A stretch of DNA of 50,990 nt from an uncultured Bacteriovoracaceae bacterium (GTDB taxonomy: Bacteria; Bdellovibrionota; UBA1018): the NCBI GenBank assembly GCA_964467785.1, contig CAYXVB010000002.1, positions 1 through 50,990 on the forward strand, written 5' to 3'. Numbering within the stretch: the first letter of the stretch is position 1; each line of letters opens with the position of its first letter. Both the position numbers and the translations under genes were made by a program. Of this stretch, positions 34,174-42,482 are shown in pieces. The notes under the pieces are model-generated. The model was not told the DNA's origin and ran no database searches. It saw only the letters and a program-made list of their open reading frames with translations.

Positions 34174-35013
34174 TTAATCCAGCTCGAGCGACGGCCCGCC
34201 CGTCCAACGGACTTGCGCGAAAACCGCGATCCCACGAGGGTTGATGTTCGAGGCATAGCTTCCCGCTCCTAGCGCGTAGGACCATGCACCCGACTGATAA
34301 CGCCCGAAAGCGCCGGCGAAATCTCCGGACTGGCGGGTGCCCACCATCTGATCGCCCATATAGAGCGCGCCCATCAGCCAGGGCGAAGCAGCGGCCCTGT
34401 AAGTCAGCGCCAACGTCGTGCTGACACCGTGATCGCCGCCCTGCAATCCCACCAACGAGAGCGTCTCGTCGTAAAACACGGACGAATTCTCCGAGGGGAT
34501 GAGCATCCCCAATTGGACGTTGCCCGCAAAAACAACTCCCGCATGGCCCAGCAGCAGTGAGGCCCCCGCGTAAGGCGAGGAGATCGAACCCAGGCAAGCG
34601 GCATAGGCACAGTCGCTCACGCCTCCACTGGACCAGCGCTGGCTCACGGCATAGCCGCCACGAAGGCCCACAAACGAGATCGGGTGCAACTCAAGCGACG
34701 CATCCACGCGATTGATCAACCCGGAGGTACGCAGCTTCGCGGAGCCTCGCATATAACCGTATTTGATCTCACCGCTCTTCTTCTCGCCCCAGAGCAGGGT
34801 GCCGTATCCAAACTCAACGGTCACGGAGGCGCCTAGCGGAAGATTACGCACTCCGACCGAGACGCCGTGGTCCGCCTTCCACGCGCCCGGCAGCACCGGC
34901 GCGTCGGGCACGTCGGGCGTTTCGGCAGCGGCCGAAAATTCCAGCGGAAATAGCTGGAGGACCGAGAGCGCCAGGCACAACGGAACAAAGCGGAGCGGTT
35001 GGAACGACGTCAT
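34174..35013 (-). CDS. outer-membrane beta-barrel-type protein (GltA/GltB-size class)
   Basis: Signal peptide LCLALSVLQLFPLEFSAAA. Shows an alternating Gly/aromatic-rich strand pattern. 279 aa. Confidence 0.55.
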   Translation of the reverse strand: MTSFQPLRFVPLCLALSVLQLFPLEFSAAAETPDVPDAPVLPGAWKADHGVSVGVRNLPLGASVTVEFGYGTLLWGEKKSGEIKYGYMRGSAKLRTSGLINRVDASLELHPISFVGLRGGYAVSQRWSSGGVSDCAYAACLGSISSPYAGASLLLGHAGVVFAGNVQLGMLIPSENSSVFYDETLSLVGLQGGDHGVSTTLALTYRAAASPWLMGALYMGDQMVGTRQSGDFAGAFGRYQSGAWSYALGAGSYASNINPRGIAVFAQVRWTGGPSLELD

Positions 35014-35221
35014 TCCGCATCGATACCACGCGCGGTCGCCGGATGCGTTGAAAATTTGACATCCGCCTCTCCCGGACCGTCACGGTTCTGACTCACGCGT
35101 GCGGCCAAATGATCTTTTCCGGCTGAATTACTTTCAAAATAATTCTCTAATCGGCGTCCGAGTTTACAAACCGCCACGGGGTCACTAAACTGAAAGACAT
35201 AAACTCCTGACGGACAGGGCT

Positions 35222-35989
35222 TTGCGATTCACACGGAGCGTGAATGTGACTTTTCCCAGACGAAGCAGATGCTTCTCTCCCCGGACCCAGCTGCTGACGC
35301 CCGCGATCTCGCTGGCCATCTCGCTGATGGCAAGCGCGCCTGCATTCGCGGCGGGCACGCCGCTGGATCCCGGACTTCGGACCGACGACAAAGAGTCCGA
35401 GGAAATTTCCAATGTCTTCAAAGACATGGGTGTCGTGCAGAAACGCTCGATGCCCAAGGGCGGGCGATTCCTCTTCTCCACTTACGGCAGCTTCGACTTC
35501 TCCGACGGGCCCTTCACCAACTACTCGCTCAACATCAATCCGGGCTACGCCATCAGCGACTTCTTCGAGATCTACATCAACTATGTACCGATGTTCATCA
35601 CGCAGGCGCGCTCGATCAACGACCAGTTGGCGACCCTCACCGTCTACAACGCCGCCGGCCTGCGGGTCACTCCGTACATCACGGCGTCCTTACCCAAGAG
35701 TCAGATCGGTGCCGAGTTTCTATGGGCTCCCGCCTACGGCAAGGACAGCCTGGGCATCCGAACCGTTCTCCGCAGCGACACCTTCATCAAAATCGGCGTC
35801 GCGCAGACCACCTACGACACCGATACCGGCCTGCGCTTCGTGGCCGGCGTCGGAAAGACGTTCTTTCTCGGTCGCCACGCAGGCCTCCGTGTCTGCGTGA
35901 ACGCCGGCATGGTGCAGAACACGATCAACAACCAGAAAGCCTTCCGAGCCGTGACGCTTCTGGAAACCGGCTTCAACATCTACCTCTGA
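35222..35989 (+). CDS. outer-membrane beta-barrel-type protein, first gene of TolQR-type operon
   Basis: Signal peptide ...AISLAISLMASAPAFA, alternating-strand pattern, C-terminus GFNIYL. The start is uncertain (TTG 35222, GTG 35240 or GTG 35246). Confidence 0.55.
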   Translation: MRFTRSVNVTFPRRSRCFSPRTQLLTPAISLAISLMASAPAFAAGTPLDPGLRTDDKESEEISNVFKDMGVVQKRSMPKGGRFLFSTYGSFDFSDGPFTNYSLNINPGYAISDFFEIYINYVPMFITQARSINDQLATLTVYNAAGLRVTPYITASLPKSQIGAEFLWAPAYGKDSLGIRTVLRSDTFIKIGVAQTTYDTDTGLRFVAGVGKTFFLGRHAGLRVCVNAGMVQNTINNQKAFRAVTLLETGFNIYL

Positions 35990-36006
35990 GCTAGGAGACC
36001 TCCCGC

Positions 36007-36648
36007 ATGATGGACGCAATCGATACCCTTTGGAAACACGGCGGCTTCGCCATTTACTTGATCTTCATCGCGGCGGTGACGCTGGCCATCGTCGGCAGCG
36101 AACGCCTCATCACCCTCTATCTGAGGATGTCCTACGACGTTAAGGCGTCCATCGAGAGCGTGCGCGCGCTGATCCTCGAGAAGAAATACACGGACGCGCT
36201 CCAGGTCTGCAACAAACAGCCCTACGCCCCCGAGATGCGGATCATCAAGGCCGGCCTGATGGCGGTCGAGAACGGGCGCGAAGCCATGAAGTCCGCGCTG
36301 GGCGGCGCGGTGCTCGAGATCACCCACAAGTGCGAGAACCGCGTGAGCTACCTGGCCCTGATCGCCAACGTTGCGACCCTCCTTGGCCTCCTCGGCACGA
36401 TCAGCGGCCTGATCAAGACCTTTGCTTCGATCGCCAACGCCGACGCGGCCGAAAAAGCCAAGATGCTCGGCATCGGGATCTCCGAAGCCATGTACGCCAC
36501 GGCCGCGGGCCTCGGCGTCGGCATCCTCGCGATGGTCGTGCATACGCTGTGCACCTCCAAAGCTGACGCCATCATCGGCACTTCCCAAGACCCCGGCCTC
36601 AAGCTCGTGACCTGGGTCGAGCAGTCGGAGCGCGCGACCCGCTCATGA
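36007..36648 (+). CDS. MotA/TolQ/ExbB-family proton channel (AglR/TolQ-like)
   Basis: Three TM helices with the conserved segment LALIANVATLLGLLGTISGLI and GISEAMYATAAGLGVGILAMV. Confidence 0.88.
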   Translation: MMDAIDTLWKHGGFAIYLIFIAAVTLAIVGSERLITLYLRMSYDVKASIESVRALILEKKYTDALQVCNKQPYAPEMRIIKAGLMAVENGREAMKSALGGAVLEITHKCENRVSYLALIANVATLLGLLGTISGLIKTFASIANADAAEKAKMLGIGISEAMYATAAGLGVGILAMVVHTLCTSKADAIIGTSQDPGLKLVTWVEQSERATRS

Positions 36649-37151
36649 TTGACGGAATATTCGAAAAACGCCATCGCCGGCACATCAAGGACCTCAACAT
36701 CGTCCCCATCCTGGACATGTTGACCACGGTGATTTTCTTCCTGCTCATGTCGACGAGCTTCCTGGAATTCACCAAGCTGACCGTGCCGCCGTCGCAGACG
36801 ACCGCGGCCTCGGGCGCGGCGACCGCGCCGCCGCTCTCGCCCAAGCTCGTGCTCGTGCAGCGCGCGGAAGGGCTCAAGCTGCTCCTCACCTGGGGTGGCG
36901 CGGCTCCCGGCGAGGCCATCGAGACACTGAAGGCCTCTAATCCGGACGAGCGCCGGGAACGGGTCCTCGAAGCCAGCCGCAAGCTGGTCGAAGCGTTCGC
37001 CAAAGAGCATCCTTCCGAGAAGACGCTGCAGCTCGGCCTTGGCGCCCGGATCCCCTATCAAGACCTGATCTCGGCGATGGACGGGGCGCGTGAGACCCTG
37101 CCCGACATCGTCCTGATCTCCCATCACGAAGCGGAGGCGCGCGCCCAATGA
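36645..37151 (+). CDS. ExbD/TolR-family protein, paralogue 1
   Basis: N-terminal LNIVPILDMLTTVIFFLL TM with the conserved Asp. ATGA overlap with the upstream gene. Confidence 0.8.
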   Translation: MIDGIFEKRHRRHIKDLNIVPILDMLTTVIFFLLMSTSFLEFTKLTVPPSQTTAASGAATAPPLSPKLVLVQRAEGLKLLLTWGGAAPGEAIETLKASNPDERRERVLEASRKLVEAFAKEHPSEKTLQLGLGARIPYQDLISAMDGARETLPDIVLISHHEAEARAQ

Positions 37152-37648
37152 GCCTCGGTAACAACGAACTGATCGTGCGCCGCCACCGCAAAGAGCCGCT
37201 CGAGCTGCAGCTCACGGCGATGATCGACATCTTTTCGATGATCGTCATTTTCCTCATCTTCGGCACCGTCTTCGGCGCCGCGGACATCGTCGTACCAGGG
37301 AGCATCAAGGTCCCAAAAAGCGTGAGCAAGGAAGGCGCGGAAAGCGCTCCCCGCCTGGTGCTCGACGCCAACGAGGTGATGTTCAGCGGCTCGGGCGAAA
37401 AAGCGCCGCTCTCCTGGTTCAAGGGCCAGGACGAGGACTCCCGCGCTAAAGCCGACGCCTTCAAGGGACGAATCAGGGAATACGTCGCAAAGCTGCCCGA
37501 AAGCGCCAAGGGCTCGGGAGTGCTGCTCAACGTGATCGCCGACCAGGACACGCCGTACGAGGATGTCTTTAGTGTGATCCGCGTGTTTCGCGAGGCGGGC
37601 TTCCAGTCCCTGCTCTTCGTGGCCACCGGGGAAGGAAAAGCCAAGTGA
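37148..37648 (+). CDS. ExbD/TolR-family protein, paralogue 2
   Basis: LQLTAMIDIFSMIVIFLIF TM with the conserved Asp, and a C-terminal ...VIADQDTPYEDVFSVIRVFREAG typical of ExbD/TolR. ATGA overlap. Confidence 0.8.
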   Translation: MSLGNNELIVRRHRKEPLELQLTAMIDIFSMIVIFLIFGTVFGAADIVVPGSIKVPKSVSKEGAESAPRLVLDANEVMFSGSGEKAPLSWFKGQDEDSRAKADAFKGRIREYVAKLPESAKGSGVLLNVIADQDTPYEDVFSVIRVFREAGFQSLLFVATGEGKAK

Positions 37649-38910
37649 ACTCACGATCGAGGCGCGCCGGACTCCCGTCCCGACTTCTCGTCTCCGCCTG
37701 CGCGGTGGCGACCGGTTGCTGCGCCTCGACGCTCCTCCACCCCGCGAGCGCCCTCGCGGCCCCTTCCGCCACGGCGGCGCACCCGGCTCAGACCCGCCGG
37801 GTCCCCACTTCGGTCCTCTACGACCAGGCAGTTTCATTCGTCAAGGCGGAGGACTACCTCGGTCTCCGCGTGTTCGTCAAAAAGCTCTACGCCCGCCAGA
37901 TCACCTACGGCGAGTGGTTTCGGATCAAGGGCCTCGTCAATTCGCAGGCCCAGAACATCGGGCTGGACATGATCAATGTCTGGAACTTCCGCAATCCCGG
38001 CGCCAAGAGCAACCTGGACAAGACGCTCGAGTACGCGGATTCCCTCATGCTGGCTGAAAAGTTCGAGCCGGCGTTCGTCGAGTACCAGAAGATGGCCCAG
38101 TACATCAAAAAGAACCTGGCCCTCCTCGCGTCCAAAGACATCCCATCCTGGCAGGAGCGCAAGCGCGACCTCGCCTCGCTCTATCCGTTCGTGCTGCATT
38201 CAATGGGGCGCGCCCTTTACGGCGCCGGCCGGTACGATGAGGCGGTCACAGTCTATCGCTGGATCCCGCCCATCTACGTCCGGTACCGGCAGACCCTTTT
38301 TGAGCGGATGTGGGCCGCGTTCCGCGCCGGCGACGTCAATTGGACGCTGGGAGCGATCGCCTCGCAGCGCGCTTCGTTCTTCTCAGCTTACCTTTCGCCC
38401 GAGACCTACCTGATCCAGACCTACATCTACCGCAAGCTCTGCCGCACCGGCGAGCTCAATGAAGTCGTCGCGGAGCTCAAGCGTTACCAGGACGCCCTGG
38501 CCCGCGGATCCACCGCGGAATGGGCAGGCTCGGACCTGGAAACGCGCATCCTCTGGAGCCTGGCCAACGGCGTGCCCCGCGACGTCGAGGCGACCGCCCG
38601 CCTGATCAGCCGAGCTGAAAAAGAAAAAGAGCAGAAAGAGATCCGCGCCGCGCTTGATCGGGCTTTTGCCGTGGCGCGCCCCAAGCTGCTCGGCGACATC
38701 AAGATGGTCCTCGCCTACTCCTACATCGCCGGCGCCAGCGACTCGAGCGCGATCCTTCGGCCCATCGAGTCCCTCAAAAGCCGCGAGCAGCTCATGAAGC
38801 TCGACATGGAAGTCTGGCCCGCGGAGTCGACCGAGGAATGGGCCGACGAGATCGGCAAGCACTACTTCATCGGGGAGAGCAAGTGCGCAAGCGCCAAGCC
38901 ACAATCGTAA
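37645..38910 (+). CDS. probable envelope lipoprotein, helical-repeat (TPR-like), GltE/GltC-class candidate
   Basis: GTG start in a GTGA overlap. Possible lipobox LLVSAC. Helix-rich with TPR-like LYGAGRYDEAVTVY. Confidence 0.55.
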   Translation: MNSRSRRAGLPSRLLVSACAVATGCCASTLLHPASALAAPSATAAHPAQTRRVPTSVLYDQAVSFVKAEDYLGLRVFVKKLYARQITYGEWFRIKGLVNSQAQNIGLDMINVWNFRNPGAKSNLDKTLEYADSLMLAEKFEPAFVEYQKMAQYIKKNLALLASKDIPSWQERKRDLASLYPFVLHSMGRALYGAGRYDEAVTVYRWIPPIYVRYRQTLFERMWAAFRAGDVNWTLGAIASQRASFFSAYLSPETYLIQTYIYRKLCRTGELNEVVAELKRYQDALARGSTAEWAGSDLETRILWSLANGVPRDVEATARLISRAEKEKEQKEIRAALDRAFAVARPKLLGDIKMVLAYSYIAGASDSSAILRPIESLKSREQLMKLDMEVWPAESTEEWADEIGKHYFIGESKCASAKPQS

Positions 38911-41900
38911 TCCTCGCCTCCCTCTCCGCGCCCCGGGCGTGGAGCGCTGGAATGGACTCGAGCTTCCTGAAGTCGAAGCCCGCGACCGGCCCGCAGGTCT
39001 CGCAAGGACAGCCCGCGAACAGCGGAAAGTCCAAGGCGGTCACGACCAGCGGCCGTGGAACTTTCAAGACGGAGATCCAGGGCGACGTGACCCCGGGCGC
39101 GAAACCCATTTCGCCGGAAGTCATCCAGAGCATCACTCTCATCCTGAATTCGACAGCCGATCCGCTTTACCGCAACACGTTGCTCTTGAACCGCAGCACG
39201 TCCTTCAATCTCTACGTCCGGCAGCGGCTCCTCGCCGGAAAGGATCTGCGGATCGACGACGTGGGGATGAAGTACCTGCAGGCCGCGGTCAACGACGCCA
39301 ACGCGGTCTATAGCTCGCCGCGGGCCAGCGCCGAGCAAAAACAACAGGCGCTCTATCTCCTGGGCATTTCTTCGGTTTATATGGACCGCAACAGCGAAGC
39401 GCGCGAGAAGTTCATCGAGCTCCTGCGGGTCAATCCCAACTTCAAGCGCGCCGGATGGCTGGCGCTCTTCATCGCCGAGGACTACTTCGAGCAGGCCGAC
39501 TTCAACCAGGCGATGGCCTATTACCGGAACTTCTTCAGGCAGATGAACCCGCACAGCCGGGAGGTCGCGCTCTACAAGATCGCCTGGTGCCTGATCAACC
39601 TCAAGTTCAATGACCACGCCGAAGGCGTCTTCGTCCGCCTGATCCGCACCGCCGGCGCGAAATCCGGCCTAGGCAAGGATTCGGTCCGCGATCTCGCCTT
39701 CCTGGTCGCCCACCGCAAGGATCCGTCCGGCGTCGTCGCCTACGCCGAAGAGACCTTCACCGAGATCGGAACGCGCCTGGAGTTCCTCGAGTATGTCCGC
39801 GTCAGCTTCGAGGACCAGAATCTCGTCGAGCTCCACTCGCAGGTCATCCAGACGATGCTGGCGCTTGAGAAGGCGCCCGAGAAGCGCCTACTCCTGCTGA
39901 TCTCCGATCTCAAGGTCCATCGCAAGCTTTACGCCGCGCGGACCCACTACGCTTCGTTCCAAAAACTCGAGGAATTCCTCCATAAAAACAAACTGGATCT
40001 CGGCTCGCGCCAGCTCAGCCCCCACGCCCAGGAGCTCGAAGCCGAGCTGCAGATGCTCATCAAGAGCTGGGTGGACACCTACGCCGGCCGCACCAAGACT
40101 CCCGAGACGCTCACCCGCGAGGAGATCGCGGTGGGCCTCAAGCACCAGTTCGAGACGTTTGTCAGGCATCTGCCCAAATCGCCGCTCCGTCCGCAGATCG
40201 TCAACCTCTGGCTCGACACCTGCGTCGACACCAAGGATTGGCCGTCCATCGACCGGGTCGCCGATCTCGTGCTCGAGTCCCCGGCCGAATTCCCCAAGCT
40301 GCTAGAACGCGCCGCGCTCGACCAGCTCGCCGCCCTCAACGAGCTCGTCAAGCCGGGTACGCCGGCGTCCGGGAGCAATTCCGAGCGGGACCTCGAAAAA
40401 ATCGCCGAAAAGCGCCTCCTGCGGATGAAGACCTTCGTGGAGCGCCACCGGCAATCCGATCAATGGTTGCGCATCGCGCGCGCCTACGCCGAGATCCTGG
40501 GAGAGCGCAAGCAGATCCCCGAAGCGATCGTCGTGCTCGAGCAGATTTTCGTCAAAGATCCGACCCCGGATTCGTTTTATCGCCTGCAGTTCGCCAAGTT
40601 CCAGAACGGCCAGTACAAGGACGTCATCGCCGAGCAACGTGTTCCTCGCCCGGCTGCTCCCGGCAGTTCGCCACTGCCCCCCGACAAACGGGTCACCGAC
40701 CTCCTGCGGGAAAGCTCGCTCGCGCTCGCGATGGAATCCCGTAAAAAGGACGACCTCCAAGGCTATACCGAGAACATCCGCCGCTTCTTGTCGCTGGCGC
40801 CGGACGAAAACAAGGCTGGTCTCGCGCGCTCGGACTACTTCCGTTATCTGTTGGAAAAGAACGAGGTCAAGCGCGCCACTTCCGAGATGGCCGCGCTGCC
40901 CGAGACACTGCGGACATTGCCCGCGCTCGCGGAGCTCACGGCCCAGGCCTGGCGCCGGAATATCGACAGCGGACAGTTCGAAGCGGCGGCGCAGCTCATC
41001 ACTTCCGTGCCCGCCCGCGGTCCGCTCACTCCGGCCCTGCGCCCGCAATGGACGCTGGGGCAGGTCCTGCTGGGTCGCCAGCTCACGGTGCGCGAGCTGG
41101 CGCTTCTGCCCAAGCAGGAGCAGGAATATCTCGTCGCGGTGTTCGCGCTGAGCCAGCCGCTTCGGGTGATCGAATTCTACGAAACCGAGAAAAAGGCCGC
41201 GCGCGCCCAGGCGGACCGCGATCTTCTGGAGCTCGCGTGGCGGATTCACTCGGGCTCCTGGGCCATTGAACGGACTGGCCGCACCGAGAACTTGCTCGGC
41301 CGCGACTATCCCTTCGTCCGGGCCTCGTCGACCCAAGCTCTCAAGGTCGAGAACCGGATGAGCCGTCTCGAGTACCCGACCGCGAAAACGCCTGCCGCGA
41401 AGTTCGCCAAGCTGATCGAGGCCTTGGTCGTGGAGGTGCAAAAGATCCGCGCGGACGTCAACAAGGAGCTCTCCGGCCAGCCGCCGGAGACCAAACTCCG
41501 CGTCCTCGAAAAGGCGCGCGATATCGAGCGCAAGATCGCCGAAGCCATCCTCAACTCGCCCATTCCCAAGGAGGTAGGCGCCGGCCAGCTCGAACAGTAT
41601 AGAGGCGCCCTCAAGGAAGCGGCCCAGGAGTACGTGAGCCACGGCGAGCAATACGAGAAGCTGGCAAACACGCTGCGCGAGAGAGTCTCGGACGAAAAGC
41701 GCAAGGAGCTGAGCCGAATCATTCCCGCCCCCTCCGCTGGAAAATGGCGCTGGCCCGGGATCGCCTCCGATCCGCCGCTTTCCTCGCTCAAGACGATGCT
41801 CGCCCAGGGCAACACGGCCGGCGCGCTCGTGCTCATCGACCTCGTGCGCGAGGCCCGCGCCAAGTCGGGACATAATCTGGACGACGCGGACTACTTCGCG

Positions 41901-42107
41901 CTGCGCGCGGGCGCCCTGCTCTCGGGGCGGCCGCCCCACCCCACCGAGGCGGATCGGATCTACGTACTGAACGAGCTCGAAAGCCGCGGCATGAACTCCA
42001 TCATCCTGGAGTGGCGCAAGATGACGGGCCTTCTTGAGAAGCCCGAAGCCAAGCCCGAAGCCAGCCCCGAAGTCAAACCCGAGAATGAAGGGAGCCCCTC
42101 GCCGTGA
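38883..42107 (+). CDS. large periplasmic helical-repeat/TPR-like protein (about 1,074 aa), GltD-class candidate
   Basis: GGGGAGAG lies upstream of GTG 38883, which gives VRKRQATIVILASLSAPRAWSA, a signal peptide. Long Ala/Leu/Glu/Arg helical-repeat composition with TPR-like FEQADFNQAMAYYRNF. KPEA-type tail. Confidence 0.65.
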   Translation: MRKRQATIVILASLSAPRAWSAGMDSSFLKSKPATGPQVSQGQPANSGKSKAVTTSGRGTFKTEIQGDVTPGAKPISPEVIQSITLILNSTADPLYRNTLLLNRSTSFNLYVRQRLLAGKDLRIDDVGMKYLQAAVNDANAVYSSPRASAEQKQQALYLLGISSVYMDRNSEAREKFIELLRVNPNFKRAGWLALFIAEDYFEQADFNQAMAYYRNFFRQMNPHSREVALYKIAWCLINLKFNDHAEGVFVRLIRTAGAKSGLGKDSVRDLAFLVAHRKDPSGVVAYAEETFTEIGTRLEFLEYVRVSFEDQNLVELHSQVIQTMLALEKAPEKRLLLLISDLKVHRKLYAARTHYASFQKLEEFLHKNKLDLGSRQLSPHAQELEAELQMLIKSWVDTYAGRTKTPETLTREEIAVGLKHQFETFVRHLPKSPLRPQIVNLWLDTCVDTKDWPSIDRVADLVLESPAEFPKLLERAALDQLAALNELVKPGTPASGSNSERDLEKIAEKRLLRMKTFVERHRQSDQWLRIARAYAEILGERKQIPEAIVVLEQIFVKDPTPDSFYRLQFAKFQNGQYKDVIAEQRVPRPAAPGSSPLPPDKRVTDLLRESSLALAMESRKKDDLQGYTENIRRFLSLAPDENKAGLARSDYFRYLLEKNEVKRATSEMAALPETLRTLPALAELTAQAWRRNIDSGQFEAAAQLITSVPARGPLTPALRPQWTLGQVLLGRQLTVRELALLPKQEQEYLVAVFALSQPLRVIEFYETEKKAARAQADRDLLELAWRIHSGSWAIERTGRTENLLGRDYPFVRASSTQALKVENRMSRLEYPTAKTPAAKFAKLIEALVVEVQKIRADVNKELSGQPPETKLRVLEKARDIERKIAEAILNSPIPKEVGAGQLEQYRGALKEAAQEYVSHGEQYEKLANTLRERVSDEKRKELSRIIPAPSAGKWRWPGIASDPPLSSLKTMLAQGNTAGALVLIDLVREARAKSGHNLDDADYFALRAGALLSGRPPHPTEADRIYVLNELESRGMNSIILEWRKMTGLLEKPEAKPEASPEVKPENEGSPSP

Positions 42108-42475
42108 CGCCAAACGCCTGGACGTACGCCGCATTCGCACTGCTCTTTGCGCTCGTCTCGCCGCCGTCCGCCCTGGCCGAGGCTCCCGCCGGCCAAACGC
42201 CGCAAAATCAAGGCGCTCAAGGCCAAAACGTGCAGGGCCAAAACGCGCAAGTCCCAAACGCGCAGGCCCAACCGGCCAAATCCAAGAGCCAGGCCAACGT
42301 CCTGGATTTCGAAGGAGACGTGATCGAGGGCCAGAAAAAGACGCCGGAGATCTTCCTTCAAACCGAGGTCGAGCGCCCGACACTGGACACGGTGCTCTAC
42401 CAGCGCCGCCACTTCAACGATTTCCACAAGAGCGACAGCCGGCAGCGCCCCCGCGCTTCCGACCCGCCGAGGTGA
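42104..42475 (+). CDS. small secreted protein with (xQxxQ)5 repeat, GltF-class candidate
   Basis: GTGA overlap start. Signal peptide YAAFALLFALVSPPSALA. Gln/Asn-rich pentapeptide repeats. Confidence 0.55.
   Translation: MTPNAWTYAAFALLFALVSPPSALAEAPAGQTPQNQGAQGQNVQGQNAQVPNAQAQPAKSKSQANVLDFEGDVIEGQKKTPEIFLQTEVERPTLDTVLYQRRHFNDFHKSDSRQRPRASDPPR
42191..42265 (+). repeat. five tandem 15-nt coding repeats
   Basis: The units ggccaaacgccgcaa / aatcaaggcgctcaa / ggccaaaacgtgcag / ggccaaaacgcgcaa / gtcccaaacgcgcag encode GQTPQ NQGAQ GQNVQ GQNAQ VPNAQ. Confidence 0.8.
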
Positions 42476-42482
42476 TTCACCG

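Noticed and set aside
36348-37837. Several 230-270-aa minus-strand ORFs opposite the TolQ/TolR genes
   Set aside because: Their composition is Arg/Gly-rich and antisense-type. The plus-strand genes carry canonical MotA/ExbB and ExbD motifs with ATGA coupling.
40302-42383. 693-aa minus-strand ORF antisense to the large TPR-like gene
   Set aside because: Its composition is Arg/Gly/Leu/Glu-rich and antisense-type, with no motifs. The plus-strand genes have signal peptides, coupled starts and a coherent operon structure.
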